Shown here: positions 11,896 through 22,772 of the stretch, one piece after another
How the letters are laid out: each line of letters begins with the position of its first letter
Position numbering within the stretch: the first letter of the stretch is position 1
Notes under the pieces: model-generated
Seen by the model: the letters and a program-made list of their open reading frames with translations, nothing else
Database searches by the model: none
Told to the model about the DNA's origin: nothing
Program-made: the position numbers and the translations under genes
Assembly: GCA_963764715.1 (NCBI GenBank)
Contig: CAVXTP010000022.1
Location: forward strand, 256,001-320,000
Length of the DNA: 64,000 bases
Source: an uncultured Acidobacteriota bacterium
Lineage (GTDB): Bacteria; Acidobacteriota; Thermoanaerobaculia; UBA5066; Gp7-AA6
Reading direction: 5' to 3'

Positions 11896-13586
11896 ATGCG
11901 GCGGGCTTGGGGGGTGGCGGGGCTCCTGGTCCTGGCGGCGTGCCGCGCCCGCACGGAGGCGCCCGCTCCCGTCGGGCGCTACGCCGGCCGCGACCCCCGC
12001 GGCCGCGCTCGACGAGTCCCGCGACGGCCCGGTCCGCGAGGGCGGCACGCTCCAGCGGCGTCTCGTGGGCGAGCCGACGACCCTGAACGCCGTCCTCCAG
12101 TCGAGCCTGCCCGAGGCCCTGGTTCTCGCGTACGTGCAGCGGAACCTGTTCGACTTCGACGCCCGGCTCGACCTGCGGCCGAGCCTCGCCGAGCGGATGG
12201 ACGTGTCGGCCGACGGCCGCGAGTACGTCGTCACGCTGCGGCCCGAGGCGGTCTGGGAGGACGGCCGGCCGGTGACGGCGGAGGACGCCGTCTTCACCAT
12301 CCGGAAGATCGTCGATCCCGACGTCCCGTCGCCCGTCTTCAAGGCGCTCTTCGAAGACCTCGAAACGGTCGAGGCGCTCGATGCGCGGCGTTTCCGGGTC
12401 CGCTTCCGCGAGCCGTACGCCTTCCGCGCGATGGCCTTCGTGTTCCCGCCGCTTCCCGGCGCACCGGTTCGCCGGGCAGAAGTTCCTCGAGGCGAAGGAC
12501 AACCGGCGCCGCTCTCGAACGGCCCGTACCGGCTGGTGTCCTGGAAGCCCGGGCGAATCGGTCGAGCTCGCGCCGAACCCGAAGGCCTGGGGCCCCGGCG
12601 GCCACTTCGAGCGCGTCGTCTTCCGGATCCTGCCGGACAACACGACGGCCTATCGCGGGCTGACGTCGGACAGCCTCGACGAGGACCAGCTCGACGCGAC
12701 GCTGAAGGAACGCGCCCGAGACCGACCCGGCCTTCGCGTCCTGCTGCCGGCTCGTCGAGTTCTACAACCTCGACTGGAGCTACGTCGCGCTCAACAACCG
12801 CTCGCCCTTCTTCGCCGACGCCCGCGTGCGGCGGGCGCTCACGATGCTGTCCGACCGCGCCTCGATCGCGAAGAACCTCTACCGCGGCTCCGCGAGGGTC
12901 ATCTCGGGGCCGTGGGCGCCGGATTCGCCGGCCTACGATCCGGCCCTCGCCGCCGCTCGCCTTCGACCCCGCGGCCGCGAAGGACGCTGCTCGCCGAGGC
13001 GGGCTGGCGCGACACCAACGGGAACGGCACGCTCGACCGCGAGGGGCGGGAGTTCGAGTTCGAGCTCCTCGTCCCGGCGGGCTCGGAGATCGGCCGGCAG
13101 GTCGACGAGATGCTCGCCGCCGAGCTTTCGCGCGCCGGCGTGACGGCCCGCGTCCGCACGCTCGAGTGGGCGGCCTTCGTCGAGAGGATCGACGCCGGGC
13201 AGCTTCGAGGCGGCCTCGCTCGCCTGGTCCGCGGTCGATCCGAATCCCGGACCCGTACCCGTACTGGCACTCTTCGCAGTGCCCGCCGAACGGGCTCGAA
13301 CAACGGGTGCTACCGGAGCGCCGAGGCCGACCGCCTGATGGTCGAGGCGCGCCGGGAGCTCGACCCGGCGCGGCGCAACGCGATCTTCCACCGGCTCCAC
13401 GCGATCTTCCGCGACGACGCGCCGGCGATTTTCCTCGTCAACTCCACCCAGAAGTTCGGCTTCAACCGCCGCGTCCGCGGGCTGACGACCTCGCCGCTCG
13501 GCCTCTTCGGGATCTGGCCCGGTCCGCTCGGCTGGTGGTCCACGGCGGGGGCCGGGGCGCCGGCCGCGGAAAGGCCCGCGGCGTGA
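11896..13586 (+). CDS. peptide ABC transporter substrate-binding lipoprotein (OppA/DppA family), multiply frameshifted
   Basis: lipobox LAAC; 'EPTTLN', 'LRPEAVWEDGRPVTAEDAVFT', 'NGPYRL', 'LLAEAGWRDTNGNGTLD'. Confidence 0.88.
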
Positions 13587-14558
13587 TCCGTTACGTGCTC
13601 CGGCGGCTCGCCCTGGCGGTCCCGACGCTCTTCGGGATCGCGGTCGTCGTCTTTCTTCTCGTGCACCTGGCGCCGGGAAGTCCCGTCGCCGGCAGCGACT
13701 CCTCGCTCCGCCGCACGACGGGTCGCGCCGCCGAGGAGATGCGCCGCCTCTACGGCCTCGACCGGCCGCTGCCCGAGCGGTTCGGCGCCTGGCTCTCGCG
13801 GGCCGCGCGGTTCGACCTGGGCGAGAGCTTCGTCGACCACCGGCCGGTCTCGCTCCGGATCCGCGAGGCCCTGCCGAACACCCTCCTCCTGAACGGGCTC
13901 GCCCTCGTTCTCGCGCTGGCGATCGCGATACCTCTCGGCGTCGTCGCCGGCGCGCGGCCGGAGGGCGCGTTCGACCGCCTCTCGGGCGCCGTGCTCTTCG
14001 CGCTCTACTCCATGCCGACCTTCTGGGCGGCGCTGCTCCTCCAGACCCTCTTCGCGGTCCGGCTTCGCTGGTTGCCGCTCTACGGCGTGGCTTCGGACGC
14101 GGCGCCCGGCGGGCCTCGCGGGTCTCCCGGACCGCCTGGCGCACGTCGCGCTGCCGGCCACGTGCCTCGCCTACGGAACGCTCGCCTTCGTCGCGCGCCT
14201 GGTGCGCTCGGGAGTCGCCGAGGCCCGCGAGAGCGATTACGTCCTGGCGTCTCGGGCGCGCGGGGCCTCGCCGCGCCGGGCGATCTGGGCCCACGCCTTC
14301 CGCAACGCCGATGCTGCCGCTGATCACGCTCTTCGGCCTCCTGCTGCCGGCCCTGCTCTCGGGCAGCGTGATCGTCGAGAAGATCTTCGCCTGGCCGGGC
14401 CTCGGGCGGCTGTACTTCGACTCCATCCTCTCGCGCGACTACCCGGTGATCCTGGCGCTCTCGCTGCTGTCGGCGGTCGCGACGCTCGCCGCGACGCTCG
14501 CCTCCGACGTCGCGAGCGCGGCGGCCGACCCGCGCGTCCGGGACGGCGCGGCGCCGTG

Positions 14559-14559
<1 letters not shown>
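13583..14559 (+). CDS. peptide ABC transporter permease (OppB/DppB), apparent indels
   Basis: 'YVLRRL..AVPTLFGI', 'YGLDRPL', 'DLGES', 'GSVIVEKIFAWPGLG', 'RDYPV'. Confidence 0.9.
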
Positions 14560-15866
<1,307 letters not shown>

Positions 15867-15889
15867 GCGGCCCCTCCGCCGCCTCGCGG

Positions 15890-16294
15890 ATGGTCGAGAC
15901 GCGCCTCCGGGTGCGTTACTCGGAGACGGACCAGATGGGGATCGTGTACCACGCCCACTACCTCGTGTGGTTCGAGATCGGGCGCACCGAGTGGTGTCGC
16001 GCGGCCGGCATCCCGTACGCCGAGATGGAGCGGTCCGGCCTCTTCATCCCGGTGACGCGGGTCGAGGCGTCGTTCCGCCGGCGGTCGTCGTACGACGACG
16101 TGGTCCGCGTGCAGACGCGCATGGCGGAGCTCTCGGGCCGCGGCTGCGGATTCGGCTACGAGGTGCGCGACGAGGCGGGCGAGCTTCTCGCCGACGGCGC
16201 GACCCGCCACGTGTTCACCGACCCCTCGGGCCGGCCGACGCGATCGCCCCGCGAGATCCTGTCCGTGCTCGAGGGCTTCCGCGGCGCGGCCTGA
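15890..16294 (+). CDS. YbgC/FadM-family acyl-CoA thioesterase
   Basis: [28 protein letters not shown] hotdog signature. Confidence 0.9.
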   Translation: MVETRLRVRYSETDQMGIVYHAHYLVWFEIGRTEWCRAAGIPYAEMERSGLFIPVTRVEASFRRRSSYDDVVRVQTRMAELSGRGCGFGYEVRDEAGELLADGATRHVFTDPSGRPTRSPREILSVLEGFRGAA

Positions 16295-16368
16295 CGTCCG
16301 AAGCCCTTGCCGTCCGTCGTCGGACGAGATATGACATCGGAAAATCCCCGGGTTCGAAAGGAGACGGT

Positions 16369-17064
16369 ATGACGCTCGGCAAGAGGGCCTCGGCGGAGTT
16401 TCTGGGCACTCTCTGGCTCGTTCTCGGGGGCTGCGGCAGCGCGGTGCTCGCTGCGGTTTTCAAGGACGTCGGCATCGGGCTGCTCGGCGTGTCCCTGGCT
16501 TTCGGGTTGACCCTGCTGACGATGGCGTTCGCGATCGGGCCGATCTCGGGATGCCACATCAATCCCGCGGTGACCTTCGGCCTGGTCGCGGCGAAACGTT
16601 TCCCGGCCTCCGAGCTCGTCCCTTACGTCGTCGCCCAGGTCCTCGGCGGGATCGCCGGCGCCGGGATCCTCTACGCCATTGCGACCGGCCGGCCCGAGTT
16701 CCAGGTCTCGGCGGGCTTCGCGGCGAACGGCTACGGCGAGCACTCGCCCGGCGGCTACTCGCTCGGAGCGGCCCTCGTCTGCGAGATCGTGATGACCTTC
16801 TTCTTCCTGTTCGTCATCGTCGGCGCGACCGACAAGCGGGCGCCGGCCGGCTTCGCCGGGATCCCCATCGGGCTCGCCCTGACGCTCATTCACCTCATCA
16901 GCATCCCGGTGACGAACACGTCGGTCAACCCGGCGCGCTCGACCGGTCCGGCGATTCTCGTCGGAGGCTGGGCGCTTTCTCAACTCTGGCTCTTCTGGGT
17001 CGCGCCGATCGTCGGCGCGGTCGTGGCGGGCGTCGTGTATCGAAGCATTTTCGAGGAGAGGTGA
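16369..17064 (+). CDS. aqpZ: aquaporin Z
   Basis: [16 protein letters not shown] and NTSVNPARS (two NPA motifs), [12 protein letters not shown]; AAAGGAG SD. Confidence 0.96.
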   Translation: MTLGKRASAEFLGTLWLVLGGCGSAVLAAVFKDVGIGLLGVSLAFGLTLLTMAFAIGPISGCHINPAVTFGLVAAKRFPASELVPYVVAQVLGGIAGAGILYAIATGRPEFQVSAGFAANGYGEHSPGGYSLGAALVCEIVMTFFFLFVIVGATDKRAPAGFAGIPIGLALTLIHLISIPVTNTSVNPARSTGPAILVGGWALSQLWLFWVAPIVGAVVAGVVYRSIFEER

Positions 17065-17065
17065 A

Positions 17066-17668
17066 GTGGTTTTGAAACGGTACGGGATTCTCGGGATCGT
17101 GGCGGGACTGGCGCTCGGGGCGGCGGCACGGGCGCAGGAGCCGGCGCCGACGCCCGGCGAAATGAAGAAGGCGGGAGAAGCCGTCACGGAGTCGACGGCC
17201 AAGGCCGGCGAGGCGGCCAAGGACGCCGGTAAGGCCGTCGGCGAGGAGGCCAGGAAGGTCGGCGACGCGACGGCCAAGGAAGCCAGGAAGGCCGGGGATG
17301 CCACGGTGAAGGGGGCCAAGGACGCGGGCAAGGCGGTCGGGACCGAGGCTACGAAGGTCGATGCGGGGGCCAAGAAGGCCGCCGATGCGACGGGCAGGGA
17401 TGCCAGGGACGCCGGTAAGGCGGTCGGGACCGAAGCCAAGAAGGTCGATGCGGGGGCCAAGAAAGCCGCCGATGCGACGGCCAACGATGGCAGGGTCGCC
17501 GGCAAGGCGGTCGGCGAGGAAGCGAAGAAGGTCGGCGACGCGACCGCGACCGACGCCAAGGACGCGGCCCGGGCGGTCGACAAGGAATCGAGGAAGGTCG
17601 ACGAGGGCATTTCGGAGGAAGTCAAGAAGCTCGAGGGCAAGGACAAGGAGCCCACGCCCAAGCCATAA
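17066..17668 (+). CDS. secreted Ala/Lys/Gly/Asp-rich 11-mer repeat (LEA group 3-like) protein
   Basis: signal peptide ending AARA-Q; repeats AGKAVGEEARK / VGDATAKEARK / AGDATVKGAKD / AGKAVGTEATK; no aromatic residues or Cys in the mature part. Confidence 0.75.
   Translation: MVLKRYGILGIVAGLALGAAARAQEPAPTPGEMKKAGEAVTESTAKAGEAAKDAGKAVGEEARKVGDATAKEARKAGDATVKGAKDAGKAVGTEATKVDAGAKKAADATGRDARDAGKAVGTEAKKVDAGAKKAADATANDGRVAGKAVGEEAKKVGDATATDAKDAARAVDKESRKVDEGISEEVKKLEGKDKEPTPKP
17321..17479 (+). repeat. 87-bp-period intragenic tandem duplication
   Basis: gacgcgggcaaggcggtcgggaccgaggct... at 17321 and gacgccggtaaggcggtcgggaccgaagcc... at 17408. Confidence 0.8.
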
Positions 17669-17694
17669 CCCTCGCGGAACGGCGGTCGCCCGGC

Positions 17695-18606
17695 TCAGGG
17701 AACGGGCCGGGCGATCAGCCGCCCCCGCACGACCGTGATGGCGAGGCCGGCGAAGATCAGCCCCGCCGCGACCGCGGTCTTTCCCGTGAACGCCTCCCCG
17801 AGGATCAGGATGGCGAGCGCCGTCGTGATCACCGGCTGGAGGAAGACGTAGAACGCGACGTGCGACGCGTGCGTGCGCGCGAGCGCCCAGGAATTGAGGA
17901 GGTACGGGATCGCGGTGCAGAACACGATCACCGCCGCCAGGCACGCCCAGGCGAGCGGCGGAACGCGCGCCGGGGCGAAGCGCGCGAGGTCCGGCAGGGC
18001 CGCCAGGACGATGAGGACCGCGCCGTAGCGGAAAACCGCGGCGGTGAAGGTCGCGACGTTGTAGTGGGCGAGGATTGGCCGCGACAGCACGAGGTAGAGC
18101 GAGTACGACGTGCAGTTGAGGAGAAGCAGGAGCACGCCCCGCGAGGAGTCGCTCGACCAGTCGAAGCGGTGGACGTTCAGGAGCGTCAGTGCGCCCGCGC
18201 CCGCGAGCGCGATCCCGAGGGCGCCGCGGGCGCTCATGAGCTCGCGCCGGAGAGCGACCGCGGCCGCCAGCGTGAAGACCGGGATCGTGGCCGTCAGGAT
18301 CGAGGTGTTGATGGCGGTCGTCAGGGACAGGCCCAGGATGAAGAGGATCTGGTTGAACGAGACGCCCAGGAGGGCGTAGGTCAGGATGCGCCGGCGGTCG
18401 CCCGGGCGGATCGGCTCGCGGGTGTGCGAGAGCCGGACCGCGTCGAGGATGACGACGGCGCCGACGACACGGAACGCCGAGAAGACGAACGGCGGGATCG
18501 ACGCGAGGGCGAGCTTGCCGAAGATCGGAAAGAGGGCGAACCCCACCTGCGCGCCGGTCAGGGCGGCGTGGATGCGCCAGGGAGCCACCGCGGAGCGGCG
18601 GCTCAC
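17695..18606 (-). CDS. DMT/EamA family transporter
   Basis: 10-TM pattern; 'GLSLTTAINTSIL..TIPVFT', 'YVFLQPV..LAILILGE'. Confidence 0.88.
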   Translation of the reverse strand: MSRRSAVAPWRIHAALTGAQVGFALFPIFGKLALASIPPFVFSAFRVVGAVVILDAVRLSHTREPIRPGDRRRILTYALLGVSFNQILFILGLSLTTAINTSILTATIPVFTLAAAVALRRELMSARGALGIALAGAGALTLLNVHRFDWSSDSSRGVLLLLLNCTSYSLYLVLSRPILAHYNVATFTAAVFRYGAVLIVLAALPDLARFAPARVPPLAWACLAAVIVFCTAIPYLLNSWALARTHASHVAFYVFLQPVITTALAILILGEAFTGKTAVAAGLIFAGLAITVVRGRLIARPVP

Positions 18607-19523
18607 GCGAAGGGCAACCCGACCACGACCGCGGCCTCGGGACCGGCGGCCGGCAGGCGGGCGCCGTCGGCGACGTCGCGGAAGGCATACCCCAGGCCGA
18701 TCGGGCCGAGTCGCGGGGATACGACGGCGCTCGTGATCCGCGCGAGCTCGAGCGAGGGCCTGTCGGGATCGGTGAACGCCGTGCCGGGCGCGAGGATCCC
18801 GCGCGGAAAGCGGAAGCCCGCGAGCCGACGGTTCGCCCGCCCGTAGGTGCGGATGCGCGCCACGATTTCCTGGCCGACGTAGCAGCCCTTGTTCGCGGCG
18901 ATCGCGTCGGAGAGCCCGGCCTCCTCGGCGAGATGCGTCTGGTCGGCGTCGCGGCCGAGCCGCGGCCGCCCGGCCTCGACGCGGAGCGCCTCGGCCGACT
19001 CCTCGGAAACCGGGGTGGAACCGGACGCCTCGAGCCATCGAAGGAGCTCCGCCCCGGTCGTGGCCGGCGCGAGGACCTCGGCCGCGAGGTCCCACTCCGC
19101 CGGGAGCCGCACCGCGGAAGGCGGCACGGCGAGCGATGCGGCGAGCGGCCCGTAGAGGGCGATCCGGACGACCTCGGCGGTGGCGTCCCGCACCGTCGCC
19201 TTCTGGAAGGCGGCGTACTTCGCGAGGTGCGCGGCGGCGGCGGCGACGGCATCCGACGGAAGAAGGAGCAGGAACCGATCGGCCTCGGCGACGAGCCGGC
19301 CGAAGTAGAGGAGTTTTCCCTTCGGAGTCAGCCCGGCGGCGAGCCGCGACTGTCCGGGAGCGAGACCCCGGACGTCCTGCGTCAACTGTCCCTGGAGGAA
19401 CGATTCGCGGTCGGGACCCTCGACGGCGATCGCGCCGGACCGGACGCGGTGCGCGAGGCCTTCGCGCGCCGCGGCGTATCCGCGCGGCGCCGCGCTATTT
19501 CCGGTCGTGAACGAAGCTGGCAC
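18603..19523 (-). CDS. YgfZ/GcvT-family folate-binding protein
   Basis: GPDRESFLQGQLTQD, LTPKGK, KGCYVGQE signature. Confidence 0.9.
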   Translation of the reverse strand: MPASFTTGNSAAPRGYAAAREGLAHRVRSGAIAVEGPDRESFLQGQLTQDVRGLAPGQSRLAAGLTPKGKLLYFGRLVAEADRFLLLLPSDAVAAAAAHLAKYAAFQKATVRDATAEVVRIALYGPLAASLAVPPSAVRLPAEWDLAAEVLAPATTGAELLRWLEASGSTPVSEESAEALRVEAGRPRLGRDADQTHLAEEAGLSDAIAANKGCYVGQEIVARIRTYGRANRRLAGFRFPRGILAPGTAFTDPDRPSLELARITSAVVSPRLGPIGLGYAFRDVADGARLPAAGPEAAVVVGLPFA

Positions 19524-19947
19524 GCACGCGGACTTTCGGAGAGTCGGCGGCGTCGAGCGTGCGCATCCGCCCGGAGATCCGGTACGACTCGCTCTCGAAC
19601 CCGTCGATGGTGACGCCGCGGTCGCTCGACGTGACGACCTTGCCGGCCTTGTCGAGCACCTCGACGGAGAGCTTGACCTTGAGCTTCTCCGGCCCCCGGT
19701 TGTCGAGCTCGAACTGCCACCAGATCCAGGAGCTGTCCTTCGGGTCGTTGGCGCGCGCCTTCTCGATGTCCTCCTCGTCCGGGTAGTTGCGCACCTCGAG
19801 GGTTTCGATGGTGCACTTCTTGTAGACGAGCCCGACCTTGCTCGGGGCCTCGCCGCGGAAAGGCGATCGTCTTTTCGAGGGGCCCTCTTCGGCGAGCAGG
19901 ACCGAGGCGGCGAGCAGGGCGGCGGCGGCGATCGACCGGCGCAACAT
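19495..19947 (-). CDS. secreted hypothetical protein (small Ig-like/FxLYD-like fold)
   Basis: signal peptide MLRRSIAAAALLAASVLLA; AAGGAGG SD; 'LSVEVLDKAGKVV'; possible local compensating indels ~19870. Confidence 0.6.
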   Translation of the reverse strand: MLRRSIAAAALLAASVLLAEEGPSKRRSPFRGEAPSKVGLVYKKCTIETLEVRNYPDEEDIEKARANDPKDSSWIWWQFELDNRGPEKLKVKLSVEVLDKAGKVVTSSDRGVTIDGFESESYRISGRMRTLDAADSPKVRVRASFVHDRK

Positions 19948-19991
19948 GCGGACCTCCTTGTCGGCGGCGGGAGAGCGTATCATTGCCGGTC

Positions 19992-20267
19992 ATGTCGCTC
20001 GAGGAAGACGCGCCGGACCGGCACGTGATCGACATCTTCATGATGTCGCTGAAGTGCGGAAACTGCGACACGTACCAGACGATCGTGAAGTTCCGGAAGC
20101 TTCCGGACAAGAACGTCTACACGTACGAGTGCGAGAACGAGATCTGCGACCCCAACGTGACCCGCACGATCGTCGAGGTGCCCCGCCATCTGGACAATTC
20201 GACCCGCCGCGCCGAGGAGCTGCCGTACTACGAAAAAGAGGGTTCCCCGGAGGATCCGGCCGGCTGA
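19992..20267 (+). CDS. small Cys-rich (Zn-ribbon-like) hypothetical protein
   Basis: CGNC...CENEIC; typical GC3-biased codons. Confidence 0.7.
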   Translation: MSLEEDAPDRHVIDIFMMSLKCGNCDTYQTIVKFRKLPDKNVYTYECENEICDPNVTRTIVEVPRHLDNSTRRAEELPYYEKEGSPEDPAG

Positions 20268-20307
20268 CCCGGGCCCCCGTCCCGGAATCGCATAGAATAG
20301 GGGCTTC

Positions 20308-20790
20308 GTGAGCCTGCACACGGCCACGCGGGAGCCGGCGGGGATCGCCCCCGACCTCCTGCAGCGCCTGCGGAAACGCCTCGCCGATTCGCCCGCCCTG
20401 GGTTGGCTGTCCCCGAGCCTCGAGGAGCTCGGTCTGGACCGGTGTGTCCTGGCCCTGCCGCTCCACGAGCAGGCGACCAACGGCTCGGGCACGGTGCACG
20501 GCGGGGTCCTGGCGATGCTGGCCGACACGGCCGTGGCGTTCGCCCTCGCGACCAACTTCGACGGCAAGATGGGGTTCGCCACGGCGGACCTGACGATTCA
20601 CTTTCTGCGGCGGGCCCGGGGCGACGTCCGGGCGCGCGCGCGGATCATCAAGAAAGGACAGCGCGTCAACGTGGGGGAGGTGGAGATCGTGGACGGGCAG
20701 GGGCGCGAAGTCGCCCGCGCCCTCGCGACCTTCATCCTGACCACCTCCTCCTTCGACTACGCGCCGGAAAGGAAACAGGAAAAAACATGA
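20308..20790 (+). CDS. PaaI-family thioesterase
   Basis: NGSGTVHGGVLAMLAD, TADLTIHFLR. Confidence 0.9.
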   Translation: MSLHTATREPAGIAPDLLQRLRKRLADSPALGWLSPSLEELGLDRCVLALPLHEQATNGSGTVHGGVLAMLADTAVAFALATNFDGKMGFATADLTIHFLRRARGDVRARARIIKKGQRVNVGEVEIVDGQGREVARALATFILTTSSFDYAPERKQEKT

Positions 20791-21725
20791 TGGACGACAC
20801 CGTTCCGTTCCCCGCGGCCGAGGCCGTGGAGGCGGAGAGAAAACCTTCGCGGCGCCGCCGGGGCGGCGCGCGGCGGCACAAGGCCTTCCCCGCGCCGGCC
20901 GAGGAGCCGGCCGCGGCGGCCCCGCCGGCGCCCGCGCCCTCCGTGCCGGCGTCGATGAACGTGAGCGCGGGCCCTCCCGCCCGGGCGAGCGTCGACCAGC
21001 GCCTCGCGCTCTTCATCGACTTCGAGAACATCGCCCTCGGCGTGCGCGACGCCCAGTACAAGAAGTTCGACATCCACCTCGTGCTCCAGCGGCTGATCGA
21101 GAAGGGCCGCATCGTGTACAAGAAGGCCTACTCGGACTGGACCCGCTACTCGGAGTACAAGCGGGAGTTCCACGAGGCCGCGATCGAGCTGATCGACATT
21201 CCCCAGCGCAACTACTCGGCCAAGAACTCCGCCGACATCCGGATGGTCGTCGACGCGATGGACCTCGTGGCGTCGAAGGGCCACATCACGACGTTCGTGA
21301 TCTGCTCCGGCGACTCCGACTTCTCGCCGCTCGTCTCCAAGCTCAAGGAGAACGACAAGAGCGTCATCGGCGTCGGCGTGAAGAACTCGACGTCGAACCT
21401 TCTGATCTCCAACTGCGACGAGTTCATCTTCTACGAGGACCTCGTCCGGGAGACGCGGGCGCTGCCGTCGATCGACAACCTGCCCAAGAAGAAGCAGGAG
21501 GTCTTCCGGCTCGTCATCGACTCGATCCAGGCGCTCGGGCGCGAGAACTACGACGTCATCTGGGGCTCGATGGTCAAGCAGACGATGCAGCGCAAGCAGC
21601 CGTACTTCAACGAGTCCTACTACGGCTACAAGTCGTTCTCGGAGCTCCTTGAGGACGCCGAGCGCCACGGCATCCTGTCGATGAAGAAGGACGCGAAGAG
21701 CGGCGGCTACGTGGTCTCGGCCTGA
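20787..21725 (+). CDS. NYN (LabA/DUF88 PIN-like) domain protein with C-terminal OST-HTH/LOTUS
   Basis: LFIDFEN, KNSADIRMVVDAM, SGDSDFSPL, CDEFIFY; 'FNESYYGYKSFSELLE'. Confidence 0.9.
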   Translation: MMDDTVPFPAAEAVEAERKPSRRRRGGARRHKAFPAPAEEPAAAAPPAPAPSVPASMNVSAGPPARASVDQRLALFIDFENIALGVRDAQYKKFDIHLVLQRLIEKGRIVYKKAYSDWTRYSEYKREFHEAAIELIDIPQRNYSAKNSADIRMVVDAMDLVASKGHITTFVICSGDSDFSPLVSKLKENDKSVIGVGVKNSTSNLLISNCDEFIFYEDLVRETRALPSIDNLPKKKQEVFRLVIDSIQALGRENYDVIWGSMVKQTMQRKQPYFNESYYGYKSFSELLEDAERHGILSMKKDAKSGGYVVSA

Positions 21726-21743
21726 GGGCGCGCGGCGCCCGGG

Positions 21744-22661
21744 CTACTTGCGGCGGAGAACGACGCGGTCGCTCGCGCCCGCCGGCTGCGAGATCGTGAC
21801 GGCGACGTTCAGCCCGACGAAGTCGGCGGCGCCGGAGAGGTCCCAGACGAGGTTCCGGAACCCGCGCAGCGAGCTGTCGGGCCCGGGGTGGATGACCTTC
21901 GACAGGGCGTCCGACCCCCGCGGGGCGGCGTAGGCCGGCGAGAGGTAGAGGTACGACAGAAAGCCGGTGGCGTTGACGCCGGCCTGGACGAGGTAGTCGG
22001 GCTCCCGGGACTCGAGCAGGAGATAGGTCGTCTCCTCGGGGCTCCGCCGCTGGCCTTCGATGACCTTCCAGGTCCGCTCGCGCCGCGGCATCCACGGCGC
22101 GAACGGGATGAAGTCGATCGCGACGCCGGCGCCGGCCGGGGAGGAAGCCAGCGCGGCGGCGAGCTCACGGACCCGGCGCCCGCCGTCGGGAACCGTCAGG
22201 TACCCGGCGCCCGCTCCGCCGCGACCCGGGTCGGTGAGGGTGACTCCCGCGGAGACCACGTTGCCCGCGCGGTCCGTCTCGACGAAGACCTCGCGGAGGG
22301 CCGGCCGCGGAGGCGTCCCGGCGATCGTCGTGGCGATCTTGCCTTCCCACCGCCCGGTCAGGTCGAGTGCCCAGGGCTCGGGCGAGGTCGAGGGCGGCGG
22401 CGCGCCCACGTCCGCGGTGCCCGCGCTCCGGGATCCCCAGAGGAGGACGCCCGTGATGACGGCGAGCGCGAGGGCCGCGAGGACCAGGAGGTACTGGCGC
22501 GGGATCGCGGCCAGGATGGCCCCCGGCGAGGACGGCGCGGCGGGCGGCGGCGGGGAGACGGGCTCGGAGGGCGTGGGCCGCTCGAGGCTCTTCTTGCACT
22601 TGAGGCATTTCGCCGCGGGGATCTGCGTAAACCCGCAGTGAGGACACGTCACCCAGGCCAT
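21744..22661 (-). CDS. Zn-ribbon + single-TM hypothetical protein
   Basis: N-terminal CPHC..CLKC, Pro-rich linker, TM helix, extracytoplasmic domain. Confidence 0.7.
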   Translation of the reverse strand: MAWVTCPHCGFTQIPAAKCLKCKKSLERPTPSEPVSPPPPAAPSSPGAILAAIPRQYLLVLAALALAVITGVLLWGSRSAGTADVGAPPPSTSPEPWALDLTGRWEGKIATTIAGTPPRPALREVFVETDRAGNVVSAGVTLTDPGRGGAGAGYLTVPDGGRRVRELAAALASSPAGAGVAIDFIPFAPWMPRRERTWKVIEGQRRSPEETTYLLLESREPDYLVQAGVNATGFLSYLYLSPAYAAPRGSDALSKVIHPGPDSSLRGFRNLVWDLSGAADFVGLNVAVTISQPAGASDRVVLRRK

Positions 22662-22698
22662 GGGTGAATGGTAACCGATCGTGCGTAAGTCTTGGTGC

Positions 22699-22771
22699 AG
22701 TCAGTAGTAAGCGGTAAGCCGGGGGATGGCTGTCGCGACGCTTACTGCTTACCGCCTACGGCTTACTGACT
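22699..22771. repeat. inverted array of GCTTAC(N) heptamers
   Basis: agtcagtagtaagcggtaagc (22699-22719) facing gcttact-gcttacc-gcctacg-gcttact-gact (22740-22771). Confidence 0.65.
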
Positions 22772-22772
22772 C

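Noticed and set aside
17160-17600. Repeats considered as a CRISPR array
   Set aside because: They are in-frame degenerate coding repeats with no unique spacers, and no cas genes are present.
20403-21725. NYN protein as a toxin or anti-phage defence system
   Set aside because: LabA/DUF88-LOTUS proteins are common housekeeping-like genes, and no antitoxin or defence-island context is visible.
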